Source: Coriobacteriaceae bacterium
GTDB lineage: Bacteria; Bacillota; Clostridia; Oscillospirales; CAG-272
Assembly: GCA_963617165.1 (NCBI GenBank)
Contig: CAVEOF010000004.1
Coordinates: forward strand, 3,264-67,263
Reading direction: 5' to 3'
Length of the DNA stretch: 64,000 nucleotides
Notes under the pieces: generated by a model
What the model was told of the DNA's origin: nothing
Database searches by the model: none
What the model saw: only the letters and a program-made list of their open reading frames with translations
Shown: positions 15,513 through 24,062 of the stretch, in pieces
Numbering within the stretch: position 1 is the first letter of the stretch
Layout of the letters: each line of letters starts with the position of its first letter
Made by a program: the position numbers and the translations under genes

Positions 15513-15847
15513 GCTTGCGACACGACTTCGAGGGTCAGGGCGAGGCTGTTATCTTCGGCGGGAGCTTCGCTCTCCTCCGTGAGAAGAAACTTTACGAACG
15601 AAGGGTCATAGTGACGGCATAACGCTTGGTCAATCAGATAATCTCTGCGGATTTCGTTGCACTCTCTATACACCCTGTCGAAGGCTTCATCCTCGCGGTA
15701 CGCACAAAGCTCTGCGACACGACAGCCCGATATCCTCGCGAACTTTTCAAAGCTCGGGGCTCCCTCGCCGTCAAACTCCGTAAAATAGCGGAGCATCCTG
15801 CGGGCGAGCCTTTTGCGGGCGGCGCCGCTCTTCGATCCGTCCTTCAT
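15509..15847 (-). CDS. terS: Terminase small subunit (candidate)
   Basis: 112-aa ORF translationally coupled to terL. HTH-like FEKFARISGCRVAELCAY. First gene of the cluster. Confidence 0.5.
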   Translation of the reverse strand: MKDGSKSGAARKRLARRMLRYFTEFDGEGAPSFEKFARISGCRVAELCAYREDEAFDRVYRECNEIRRDYLIDQALCRHYDPSFVKFLLTEESEAPAEDNSLALTLEVVSQA

Positions 15848-15919
15848 CCCGGTCTTCCTCCTTTCCTTTCGGTCTGCCTTCGGGCGGGCGTTCCGGACCG
15901 CTCTCTCAAAGGCATCTCC

Positions 15920-15928
15920 AGTATAACA
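15920..15928 (-). promoter_or_regulatory. Candidate extended -10 promoter (TGtTATACT) for the phage-like operon
   Basis: The minus strand reads ttttttGTTATACTgg, about 73 nt upstream of the terS ATG and directly after the terminator T-run. No good -35 element. Confidence 0.35.
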
Positions 15929-15960
15929 AAAAATCGCCGCCCCGTAAGTATGGGCGGCGA
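15928..15960 (-). terminator. Rho-independent terminator (stem TCGCCGCCC/GGGCGGCGA, then TTTTTT on the minus strand)
   Basis: Read directly: 9-bp GC stem, 9-nt loop, T6 run. Lies between the ABC-F stop (16212) and the terS start (15847). Confidence 0.7.
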
Positions 15961-16211
15961 CCGAAAGTCAAAGGATATTGGATAGGGTTTTCAGGCAGGT
16001 TGCATAAAGATCGTAAAGCTTTTCCGAGTGCGGCGCATCGGAGGGACGGAACGGTCATTTTTCAAGGGGAAAATTCGCATGACTCACTCGCGTTTTTTAT
16101 GGGATTTTTATAATAAAATGTAAGTGCATGTTAAATTATCTTAAATTTCGGGAAAATGAGAGATCCGCCGACGGGAGATCGAAGCGCAAGTGACGGACTT
16201 TTATATCTCTT

Positions 16212-18137
16212 TTACATCACGAGCTCATAGAGGGAGAGGAGCTCCTCCTCGATCTCGCTTTTGCGTCGGTCGAGCTCGGCGGCGCGCACGTAGTCGGTCT
16301 GTGCCTCGCCGAAAAGCTCGCGGTCGATCTCGTCCGATTCCGCCTCGAGGGCGGCGATGCGCTCTTTTGCGCGCTCGAGCTTTCGCTCCGCGGCGCGGCG
16401 CTCGGCGTTTTCCTTCTTCTTTTGCTCATAGGCGAGCTTCGCGTCGGTCGGCGGGGGAGGGGGTGTTTCTCCCTCCGTGAGTGCCGCACGCTTTTCGCGC
16501 AGCTCCATGTAGGCGGTGTATGCGTCCTCGTAGCTCTCGAGCGGGTAGTCGAACATGCCGTCCTCCCGCTCGGGCGCCAGCTCGATGATCCGCGTCGCCA
16601 GTCGGTTGATGAAATAGCGGTCGTGCGAGACCGCGATGACCGTCCCCTCAAAAGCGGAGAGTGCATTCTCGAGCGCCTCGGAGGAACCGATGTCGAGGTG
16701 GTTGGTCGGCTCGTCCATCACGAGGAGATTCACCTTTTTCAGAATGAGCTTGGCAAGCGTCAGCCGCGCGCGCTCTCCTCCCGAAAGGGCGGAGATCTTT
16801 TTCGTGATGTCGTCCGCGCCGAAGAGAAAGAGCGCGAGCGTCGAGCGGAGCTCGAGATCCTTCTTCTCGGGATAGGTGTCGTGCATCTCCTCGAAGACGG
16901 TCTTTTCTTCGGAAAGTCCGCGGTTCTCCTGATCGTAATACCCGATCTTGATGTTATAGCCGAGCGTCAGCTTTCCGCCCGTCGGCGAGAGCCGTCCGCA
17001 GATGAGGCGCATCAGGGTGGATTTTCCGCACCCGTTCGGGCCGAGGAAGAGGACGCGTTCTCCCTTCTTAATATAGAAGGTAAGATTGCGGAGCAGAGGC
17101 GTCCCGTCGTAGGAGAAGGAAAGCCCCTTCGCCGTCAGAACGTCCCCCGCACTGTCCTCGGAGGAGAAGGAGAGACGGATGCTCTTCGGGTCATCCGGCA
17201 GCCTCTCGATCTTTTCCATGCGGGCGAGCTGCTTTTCCTTCGAGCGGATCGTGACGAAGTTGTGCTCGCGGTTGCACCGCCGCTGAAATTCGATGTTCGC
17301 GCGGATCTTCGCGATCTCCTTTTGCTGTTCCTTGTAGCGCTTTTCGACCGAGGCGCGCTCCTCCTCCATCGCTTCCTTCGCCCGCGTATAGCTCCCGGGG
17401 AAGAGCTTTGCCCGTCCGTATTGGATCTGTAGGGTCTTTGTCGTCGTGCGGTCGAGAAAGTAACGGTCGTGCGAAATGATGAGGACCGTCTTTTTGTAGT
17501 TCGCAAGAAAGCTCTCGAGCCACGCGAGCGCGTCGATGTCAAGATGGTTGGTCGGCTCGTCGAGCATCAGCACGTCCGGCTCGGTCGCGAGCAGACGCGC
17601 GAGGGCAAGCCGCGTATATTGCCCGCCCGAGAGCGTGGCGATCTTTTGCGTCAGCTGTCCCTCGGTAAAGCCGAGGCGAAGCAGCATTCCCCGCGAGAGG
17701 GAACGGAAGCGACTTCCCCCGCCCGCCTCATAGCGTCGGCGCACTTCGTCAAGCGAATGAGAGAGGGCAGAGAGCCTTGCCTCGTCGGCCTTCGGCGTGG
17801 AGGCAAGCTCACATTCGAGACGGTCGATCTCCGCTTCGTCCGCGAGCAACTCGGGAAACGCCGTTACCATGTAGTCGAGCATGGTGTGGTCGGCGGGGAG
17901 GGCGGAGAGGTCGGGATTCTGCTCCAACATGCCGATGCGGTGTCCTTTTTGCAGATAGACCGCGCCCCCGTCGGGAGACAGCGCGCCCGCAATGATGCGG
18001 AAGAGTGTGGTTTTTCCCGCACCGTTGACGCCGATGATGCCCACCTTGTCTCCGTCATTGACGGCGAAGGAGACATCGGACAGGATCACGTCGGTGCCGA
18101 AGGCGAGAGAAAGATCGGAGACAGAGAGTGCGATCAT
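16212..18137 (-). CDS. ABC-F family ATPase (Uup/YbiT-like translation factor, no TM domain)
   Basis: 641 aa. Two ABC cassettes (GVNGAGKTT...LSGGQ...LMLDEPTNHLD and GPNGCGKST...LSGGE...LVMDEPTNHLD). C-terminal coiled coil after a PPPPP linker. Confidence 0.9.
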   Translation of the reverse strand: MIALSVSDLSLAFGTDVILSDVSFAVNDGDKVGIIGVNGAGKTTLFRIIAGALSPDGGAVYLQKGHRIGMLEQNPDLSALPADHTMLDYMVTAFPELLADEAEIDRLECELASTPKADEARLSALSHSLDEVRRRYEAGGGSRFRSLSRGMLLRLGFTEGQLTQKIATLSGGQYTRLALARLLATEPDVLMLDEPTNHLDIDALAWLESFLANYKKTVLIISHDRYFLDRTTTKTLQIQYGRAKLFPGSYTRAKEAMEEERASVEKRYKEQQKEIAKIRANIEFQRRCNREHNFVTIRSKEKQLARMEKIERLPDDPKSIRLSFSSEDSAGDVLTAKGLSFSYDGTPLLRNLTFYIKKGERVLFLGPNGCGKSTLMRLICGRLSPTGGKLTLGYNIKIGYYDQENRGLSEEKTVFEEMHDTYPEKKDLELRSTLALFLFGADDITKKISALSGGERARLTLAKLILKKVNLLVMDEPTNHLDIGSSEALENALSAFEGTVIAVSHDRYFINRLATRIIELAPEREDGMFDYPLESYEDAYTAYMELREKRAALTEGETPPPPPTDAKLAYEQKKKENAERRAAERKLERAKERIAALEAESDEIDRELFGEAQTDYVRAAELDRRKSEIEEELLSLYELVM

Positions 18138-18173
18138 GGCATGTCCTTTCAGATTCGGAAAGTTTCTTTTGTT

Positions 18174-18202
18174 ATTCTACCATAAATGAAAAGGAAAATC
18201 AA
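18174..18202 (-). promoter_or_regulatory. Sigma-A-type promoter for the ABC-F gene (TTGATT-17-TAGAAT)
   Basis: Read on the minus strand: TTGATTttccttttcatttatggTAGAAT, about 35 nt upstream of ATG 18137. Confidence 0.55.
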
Positions 18203-18440
18203 GTGCCGCCGCATACGCAAAGAGTATAATTGCATATTTATGCATATAATTTGCATCGAAACGGGGGCGCAACAGGCGATCCTCACAGAAAAATCAACGA
18301 CTCTTATCGAAAAAACGACCGGATGTCTTCGAAAAATCGGAGAATGTCCGAAAATCATGCGCAAAATGCACAAAAAACGGCAGACCATCCCATCGCATGC
18401 ATAAAAATTCAATAAATACGAATTTTTTTGCAAAAAATGC

Positions 18441-18469
18441 TTGACAAATACAGAAAAGGGGTGTATAAT
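18441..18469 (+). promoter_or_regulatory. Consensus promoter TTGACA-17-TATAAT for the amino-acid ABC transporter operon
   Basis: ttgacaaatacagaaaaggggtgtataat, read directly; 55 nt upstream of ATG 18524. Confidence 0.7.
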
Positions 18470-18523
18470 GAGTCCATCAAAAACAGACGGGCACATCGCC
18501 CGAGAAACGGAAGGTAAACTCCA

Positions 18524-19351
18524 ATGAAAAAAATTCTCTCTTTGCTCCTTTGTCTTGTCCTTATGGCGGGCTGCGCTCTGACGCTTGCCTCCTGCGGGGA
18601 AGAACAGCTCGTCGTGTACACCGAGGCGGGCTTTGCCCCGTTCGAGTACATGCAGGACGGGAAAATCGTCGGCGTCGATGTCGACATTATGGAGCTTGTC
18701 GCGAAAAAGCTTGGGAAAAAGCTCGTTGTCGAAAACGTAAAGTTTGACCAGATCGTCGACGCGGTAAAGGACGGTACGCTGACGAATGTCGGTGCCGCGG
18801 GCATTTCGGTGACGGCAGAACGGCAGAAGAAGGTCGACTTCTCGAAGGAATACTATACGGCGAATCTGTATGTGATCTATAAGAAGGATGCCGCTTCCTC
18901 TTACGAGAGCATGACGACCGACGGTGTGACGGGCGTCTATTGGGATAGCCTGAAAGGGAAAAACATCGCGGTGCAGAGCGGAACGACCGCCGACCTTTTT
19001 TTGAGTGACGAGCTGACGCTCGAAGAGGGAACTCTGAAGGATAGCGGAGCAAAACCCGTGAACTTCGACTTGCTCGCCTCCGCACTCTCCGACATCGGAC
19101 TGAACAGCGACGTGCTCATCATCGACGAGCTCCCCGCGAAGAAGCTTGTGGAAGGAAAGGACGACTTGACCTGCGCACCTCTCTACTGGAAGGATGAGGC
19201 AGGCGAAGCGGATACGGCGGCGTGCGACACCTACGCCATCTGCGTGACGAAGGGACAGACCGAGATCTTGAACGCGATCAACGAAGTCCTTGACGAGCTC
19301 GGCAAAGAGGGCATCGAGGCACTCGTCAACAAGCATCTCGGAATCCAATAA
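18524..19351 (+). CDS. Polar amino-acid ABC transporter substrate-binding lipoprotein
   Basis: 275 aa. Signal peptide with lipobox LASC. SBP_bac_3-type motifs: FAPFEY, GVDVDI, KFDQIVDAVKDG, GISVTAERQKKVDFS. Confidence 0.85.
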   Translation: MKKILSLLLCLVLMAGCALTLASCGEEQLVVYTEAGFAPFEYMQDGKIVGVDVDIMELVAKKLGKKLVVENVKFDQIVDAVKDGTLTNVGAAGISVTAERQKKVDFSKEYYTANLYVIYKKDAASSYESMTTDGVTGVYWDSLKGKNIAVQSGTTADLFLSDELTLEEGTLKDSGAKPVNFDLLASALSDIGLNSDVLIIDELPAKKLVEGKDDLTCAPLYWKDEAGEADTAACDTYAICVTKGQTEILNAINEVLDELGKEGIEALVNKHLGIQ

Positions 19352-19447
19352 AACGAAAAAAGCAACGACGAAAAGGGAAGGGCGCGCCCTTCCTTTTCGT
19401 CGCCTTCTTGTGTTTTTCGGGAAATTACAGATCAAAGGAAATTTGCT

Positions 19448-20146
19448 ATGCTAAGTGACATCGGGCGGATCCTCTCCTCGGGAGAGATGCGCGGATATAT
19501 TTTACAGGGCTTTTTCAACACCCTGCTTCTTGCCGTAACGGCGGCACTTCTCGGATTGGTCCTCGGCTTCATCGTCGCGATCGTCAAGATCGCCGCCGAG
19601 CATAATAAATATATGAAGATCCCCGCCGCGATCTGTCATGTATACACGACGGTCTTCCGCGGGACACCCGTCGCGCTCCAGCTGTTTATCATGGTGTTCG
19701 CCGTGTTTGCGATCCCGGGCTTCAAGCCCTATGCGGCGATCCTCACCTTCGGCATCAACTCGGGTGCCTACGTCTCGGAGAACATCCGCGCGGGCATCGA
19801 GTCGGTGGACAAAGGACAGATGGAGGCGGGTCGCGCCCTCGGTATGAGCTGGGGACGGACGATGATCCGCGTCGTTCTGCCGCAGGCGGTGAAGAACATC
19901 ATCCCCGCCATCGGCAACGAGATGATCGCCCTTTTGAAGGAGACCTCCATCATCATCATGATCGGCGCGACCCCTGGGACGATCACCTTCGACCTAAACG
20001 CGGCGGCGAACACGATCTACCGTCAGATCCCGAACTATCTCGCGAGCGGTCTGATCGTCGGTGTCTGCTATCTCGTCATTGTCTATCTCATGGTGCTCGG
20101 CGTCAAGGTCGTGGAAAGGAAGTTAAAAGCAAGTGATCAGCGTTAG
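19448..20146 (+). CDS. Amino-acid ABC transporter permease (His/Glu/Gln/Arg/opine family)
   Basis: 232 aa, multi-TM. EAA-loop-like [28 protein letters not shown]. Confidence 0.85.
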   Translation: MLSDIGRILSSGEMRGYILQGFFNTLLLAVTAALLGLVLGFIVAIVKIAAEHNKYMKIPAAICHVYTTVFRGTPVALQLFIMVFAVFAIPGFKPYAAILTFGINSGAYVSENIRAGIESVDKGQMEAGRALGMSWGRTMIRVVLPQAVKNIIPAIGNEMIALLKETSIIIMIGATPGTITFDLNAAANTIYRQIPNYLASGLIVGVCYLVIVYLMVLGVKVVERKLKASDQR

Positions 20147-21056
20147 AAATATCTATAAAAATTTCGGCAAGCTCTCGGTGCTTCGCAGTGTCTCCTGCGA
20201 GATCGAAAAAGGGGAAAAGATCGCCATCATCGGACCCTCGGGTGGCGGAAAGAGCACGTTGCTCCGCTGCATGAACCTTATGGAGGAGCCGACCTACGGC
20301 GAGGTGTGGATCGACGGCGAGCTTTTGACCCCCGTGGATCCCTATCTGCATTTCGACATCATCCGCAAGTCGGAGAGCTATAAAAACCTGCTTGCGGCAC
20401 GCCGTTCCGAGCATCCCGAGGAGGATGCCGCGGCGGCGGATGAAGCGGTGATCCGCAACATCAAGGAGCACGATCTCCTAAAGCCGAAGGAAGGCAAGGA
20501 CTATCGGAAGGCGATCGCGGCGCTCGAAGGGGAAAAGCGCATCCCCATCGACCTTGCCCGCCGTCGCATGGGCATGGTGTTTCAGCATTTCAATCTCTTC
20601 GCGAACCTCACCGTCCTCGGCAATCTCATGCTCGCCCCCACCGAGCTTCACCTCCTGACCAAGGAAGAGGCAGAGAAGAAGGCGATGGGGCTTCTCAAGA
20701 GGATCGGACTCGCCGATAAAAAGGACGAATACCCGGGACGTCTCTCGGGCGGACAGAAGCAGAGGATCGCCATCGTCCGCGCGCTCATGATGTCTCCCGA
20801 GGTCATGCTCTTTGACGAGCCGACGAGCGCCCTCGACCCCGAGATGGTCGGGGAGGTCCTCGACCTCATCCGCGACCTTGCCGACGAGGGCATGACGATG
20901 GTCATCGTGACGCACGAGATGGGCTTTGCCAAGGAGGTCGCCGACCGCGTGCTCTTTATCGCCGACGGCGGAATCGCCGAGGAGGGCACTCCGGAGGAAA
21001 TCTTCTCCCACCCGAAAACGCCTCGCCTTCAAGAGTTTTTAAGTAAGGTTTTGTAA
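20133..21056 (+). CDS. Amino-acid ABC transporter ATP-binding protein (GlnQ-like) with an insertion of about 65 aa
   Basis: GTG start overlapping the permease end. Walker [10 protein letters not shown], signature LSGGQKQR, Walker [12 protein letters not shown]-loop VTHEMGF. 84 residues separate IDG from GMVFQ, against about 18 in E. coli GlnQ as I recall it. Confidence 0.85.
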   Translation: MISVRNIYKNFGKLSVLRSVSCEIEKGEKIAIIGPSGGGKSTLLRCMNLMEEPTYGEVWIDGELLTPVDPYLHFDIIRKSESYKNLLAARRSEHPEEDAAAADEAVIRNIKEHDLLKPKEGKDYRKAIAALEGEKRIPIDLARRRMGMVFQHFNLFANLTVLGNLMLAPTELHLLTKEEAEKKAMGLLKRIGLADKKDEYPGRLSGGQKQRIAIVRALMMSPEVMLFDEPTSALDPEMVGEVLDLIRDLADEGMTMVIVTHEMGFAKEVADRVLFIADGGIAEEGTPEEIFSHPKTPRLQEFLSKVL

Positions 21057-21068
21057 ATAAATATATGC

Positions 21069-21103
21069 AAAAAGGAAGTCTTCTCGACTTCCTTTTTGTT
21101 TTT
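21069..21103 (+). terminator. Rho-independent terminator after the ABC operon
   Basis: AAGGAAGTC-ttctc-GACTTCCTT followed by tttgttttt. Confidence 0.75.
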
Positions 21104-21202
21104 GCATCGGGTTGTGAGATTCCTGACGGGAATCGATAGTCGCTTTGCCTTGTGTCTCTGCCGATTGGTACGAGAGCATCGATATCAACAGAAATAAGAG
21201 AA

Positions 21203-21502
21203 TCAAGAGACACGGGGAGATTCCGCGGGGACGCTTTTTTCATACAGCACTTCGGGGGCGATATCGATTTCTCCGTCAAGCCATGTAGGCACACCGTAAT
21301 CGATGTAGACATCCTTAAATACCTCAAGGTCGGCGAGCGGTGCAAACGCAGGTTTGGAGAGCAAAGGCGTGCAGTCGAATATCTTCGCTTCTCCTGTATT
21401 GAAGCGCACCCATAGCTTGTAATCGTTCATCGGGCGGACTCCGCAAAGCTTCAACATCGGCGCGGCATTTTCTGCATAAGCAATTCCGTTCTTTATAATC
21501 AT
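21203..21502 (-). CDS. DUF2442 domain protein
   Basis: 99 aa. MNDYKLWVRFNTGEAKIFDCTPLL...VYIDYGVPTWLDGEIDIAPEVLY matches my memory of the DUF2442 fold family. Confidence 0.6.
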   Translation of the reverse strand: MIIKNGIAYAENAAPMLKLCGVRPMNDYKLWVRFNTGEAKIFDCTPLLSKPAFAPLADLEVFKDVYIDYGVPTWLDGEIDIAPEVLYEKSVPAESPRVS

Positions 21503-21533
21503 CGGGATGCTCCTTTCCGAAACGTATCGTGGT

Positions 21534-21800
21534 TTATCGAAGAGGTTCTATTTTCCTGAAAGCAATTCCTTGCACGGCATGATTCCATGCTTCGTATAGC
21601 TCCTCTTCATGAATCAATGCCCAAGCCTGTACCAACTTTAATTGTTTTACGGGAAGACTTCCTGCGAGCAATTCGCCGTCTACTCCGACCGCGGCCTCAT
21701 ATTCCGCATAATAGACGTGAAAATGCGGCTTGTGATGTTGGTTGTTATCGTTGTATATCATCTTGATAACGATATTATAAAATCGGCACAACTCCGGCAT
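21534..21800 (-). CDS. DUF4160 domain protein
   Basis: ORF 21534..21821. I prefer ATG 21800 (MPELCRFYNIVIKMIYNDNNQHHKPHFHVYYAEYE) with AGGAG upstream. The HxPHFH motif is typical of DUF4160. Confidence 0.6.
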   Translation of the reverse strand: MPELCRFYNIVIKMIYNDNNQHHKPHFHVYYAEYEAAVGVDGELLAGSLPVKQLKLVQAWALIHEEELYEAWNHAVQGIAFRKIEPLR

Positions 21801-21873
21801 GATACGACTCCTTCGAAACATTCTACTCTTATTTATATGTTAGCATATTTCGTTTCGATTGTCAACGGGAATT

Positions 21874-22806
21874 TTATTGCCTCTCCAAAATGGCGAGCAG
21901 CTTTGAAAAGTCCTCGGGAAGGGGACACTCGAAGCTCATGACCTCCCCCGTCCTCGGGTGGCGGAAGGTCAGGCGCTTTGCGTGGAGTGCCTGCCCGTGC
22001 AGAAGGGCGGCGTGCTCCTTTTCGAAACGGGTGTGCCCTCCGCCGTACAGCGTGTCGCCGAGCAGGGGATGCCCGAGCGATGCCATATGGACGCGGATCT
22101 GATGCGTGCGCCCCGTTTCGAGATGCAGCTTTAAGTAAGTGACGGCGCCGAAGTCGCCGATGACCTCATAATGCGTGACTGCGCGGCGGGCGGTGTGCGA
22201 GCCGTCTCGGATGACCGCCATTTTCTTGCGGTCGACGGGATGCCGCCCGACGGGGAGGTCGACCGTGCCCCGCTCGTCGCGGAACCCGCCGTTTGCCAGG
22301 GCGTGATATTCTCTTTCGATGTGATGCCCCTCAAGCTCGGCGGCGAGGGCGCGGTGCGCCGCGTCGTTTTTCGCCACAACGAGAAGACCGCTCGTGTCCT
22401 TGTCGATGCGGTGCACGATGCCGGGGCGGAGAACTCCGCCGATGCCCGACAGCTCCCCCTTGCAGTGATAGAGAAGCGCGTTGACGAGCGTCCCGTCGGG
22501 ATTGCCCGCGGCGGGATGCACCACCATGCCCTTCGGCTTGTTGATGACGAGAATGTCCCCGTCCTCGTAAACGATGTCGAGAGGGATGTCCTCGGGGAGC
22601 GCTTCCGCTGGGACGGGCTCCGCCTCCGTGACGGAGATGACGTCTCCCGCGCGCACCTCATACCGCTTCGGAAGGCAAACGCTGTTCACGGTGACTTCCC
22701 CCGTCTCGATCCTCTTGACCGCCGCGGAGCGGGAAATCAAAGCGAGGCGGGAGACGGCAGCGTCCAGCCGTTCTCCCGCCTCGGTTTCGGATATGTGAAA
22801 TATCAT
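21874..22806 (-). CDS. rluD: 23S rRNA pseudouridine synthase, RluD family
   Basis: ORF 21874..23172. The real start is ATG 22806 (MIFHISETEAGERLD), forming an ATGA overlap with the lspA stop. S4 domain, then catalytic HRIDKDTSGLLVVAK. Confidence 0.85.
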   Translation of the reverse strand: MIFHISETEAGERLDAAVSRLALISRSAAVKRIETGEVTVNSVCLPKRYEVRAGDVISVTEAEPVPAEALPEDIPLDIVYEDGDILVINKPKGMVVHPAAGNPDGTLVNALLYHCKGELSGIGGVLRPGIVHRIDKDTSGLLVVAKNDAAHRALAAELEGHHIEREYHALANGGFRDERGTVDLPVGRHPVDRKKMAVIRDGSHTARRAVTHYEVIGDFGAVTYLKLHLETGRTHQIRVHMASLGHPLLGDTLYGGGHTRFEKEHAALLHGQALHAKRLTFRHPRTGEVMSFECPLPEDFSKLLAILERQ

Positions 22807-23312
22807 GTGTCCTGTTTTTCCTTCTTTTCGTGAAGAATGTCGAGGATGAGAGAGAGGACGAGCAGTCCCGCTCCCACGCAGACAAAAGAATCCGCACCGT
22901 TGAAGACGGCGAAGTGAATCAGACGGAAATCGATAAAATCGATCACGTACCCGAGCGCGATGCGGTCGATCATGTTGCCGATGCCCCCCGAGACGATCAT
23001 CGAGAAGGCGACCGTCGCAAGCGTCGTGCGCGCGTAACCGAAAAAGAGGTAAAGCGCGATGCCGACGATGGCGACCGACGAGAGGATGAGAAAGACCCAT
23101 CTCGCGTCCTTCATCATGCCGAAGGCGGCGCCCGTGTTCTCCACGTAGGTCAGGTGCAATACGTTCTCCCAAAGGGGGACGGTGTCGACGGGCATCAGAT
23201 ACCGTACGGCGAGAAGTTTCGTCAGCTGGTCGAGCGCGATCCCGCCGAGGATGATGCCGATCATCAGAAAATAGGTGCGAAGTGGCAGTTTTTTTATCAT
23301 GGGGTTCCCCAC
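22803..23312 (-). CDS. lspA: Lipoprotein signal peptidase II
   Basis: 169 aa, 4 TM. Motifs: NTGAAFG, GGIGNMIDR, FAVFNGADSF. Confidence 0.85.
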   Translation of the reverse strand: MGNPMIKKLPLRTYFLMIGIILGGIALDQLTKLLAVRYLMPVDTVPLWENVLHLTYVENTGAAFGMMKDARWVFLILSSVAIVGIALYLFFGYARTTLATVAFSMIVSGGIGNMIDRIALGYVIDFIDFRLIHFAVFNGADSFVCVGAGLLVLSLILDILHEKKEKQDT

Positions 23313-23337
23313 TTTCTCGAATTTTCAGACGCCTGCG

Positions 23338-23610
23338 TCAGAGCGCGGGCAAAAACATCTGCGCGATGGCGATCAGAAGATAGGCGAGACTGAAAGACCA
23401 GTCGATCGGAGAGTCCTGCCCGATGTTGAACCGCACGAGGAGCGCCCGCACGGGGACGATAAACGGCTCGGTGATGATGGCGAGAAAATTCAAAAGGCGG
23501 CTGTCCTCGTCGAAGATGAAGAAGGACAGCAACATGCGAAGCAGCATAGCGAAGGAAACCGCGGACAGAAGCAGGTTGATTGTCCGCGCGAAAATATCGA
23601 GGATGACCAA
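23338..23610 (-). CDS. yggT: YggT family membrane protein
   Basis: 90 aa with two TM segments. Position next to sepF is typical (ylmG). Confidence 0.7.
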   Translation of the reverse strand: MVILDIFARTINLLLSAVSFAMLLRMLLSFFIFDEDSRLLNFLAIITEPFIVPVRALLVRFNIGQDSPIDWSFSLAYLLIAIAQMFLPAL

Positions 23611-23644
23611 GACGGCTCCTTTCCGTATTCAAAGAATGCGTGAT

Positions 23645-24049
23645 TTATTTTTCGCTGACGTCGACGTCGCGGGGGGTGACGATATAGGTCGTCTGCGCCA
23701 CCTGCTTGATCTCTCCGTCGGTCGAGTAGGTGACACCGTTCAGAAAGTCGAGCATACGGATGACCGACGCGCGGTCAAGCGCCTCGAGGTTCAGAACAAC
23801 GGTGCAGCCCGCGAGCAGATAGTCGGCGATCGTGCTGACGTCGCCGAAGGAGTCGGGACGGACGACCTTCAGCTCAATGTTGTTTTCCGTTCCCGTTTTG
23901 ATAGACGAGGCGACGGGCGTCGGCTCGGGCGCCGGCGCGGGGGTCTCTTCTCTCACGGGAGCGGCGGCGGTCTCGTCGTAATCCCGGAAGGAGATCTCCT
24001 CGGTCTGTTTTGCTTTTTCTTTCAGTTTGTCGGCCCATTTTTCAAACAT
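23645..24049 (-). CDS. sepF: Cell division protein SepF
   Basis: 134 aa. Conserved C-terminal domain: VVRPDSFGDVSTIADYLLAGCTVVLNLEALDRASVIRMLDFLNGVTYSTDGEI. Confidence 0.85.
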   Translation of the reverse strand: MFEKWADKLKEKAKQTEEISFRDYDETAAAPVREETPAPAPEPTPVASSIKTGTENNIELKVVRPDSFGDVSTIADYLLAGCTVVLNLEALDRASVIRMLDFLNGVTYSTDGEIKQVAQTTYIVTPRDVDVSEK

Positions 24050-24062
24050 TTTGTTTTCCTCC

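Larger units (their letters stand above)
1578..15847 (-). mobile_element. Phage-derived virion and packaging gene cluster (terS to distal membrane-protein genes); no integrase, repressor, replication or lysin genes recognised
   Basis: 17 co-directional, tightly packed or overlapping ORFs, four with ATGA start/stop overlaps. Bounded by a glycosidase gene on the left and the ABC-F gene on the right. Confidence 0.8.

Noticed and set aside
15975-16090. 29-aa ORF (MRIFPLKNDRSVPPMRRTRKSFTIFMQPA) in the terS upstream leader
   Set aside because: No RBS and no recognisable features. The region is treated as non-coding.
18149-19435. 428-aa minus-strand ORF spanning the intergenic region and the substrate-binding protein gene
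   Set aside because: It is antisense to a well-supported lipoprotein gene and crosses an obvious promoter region.
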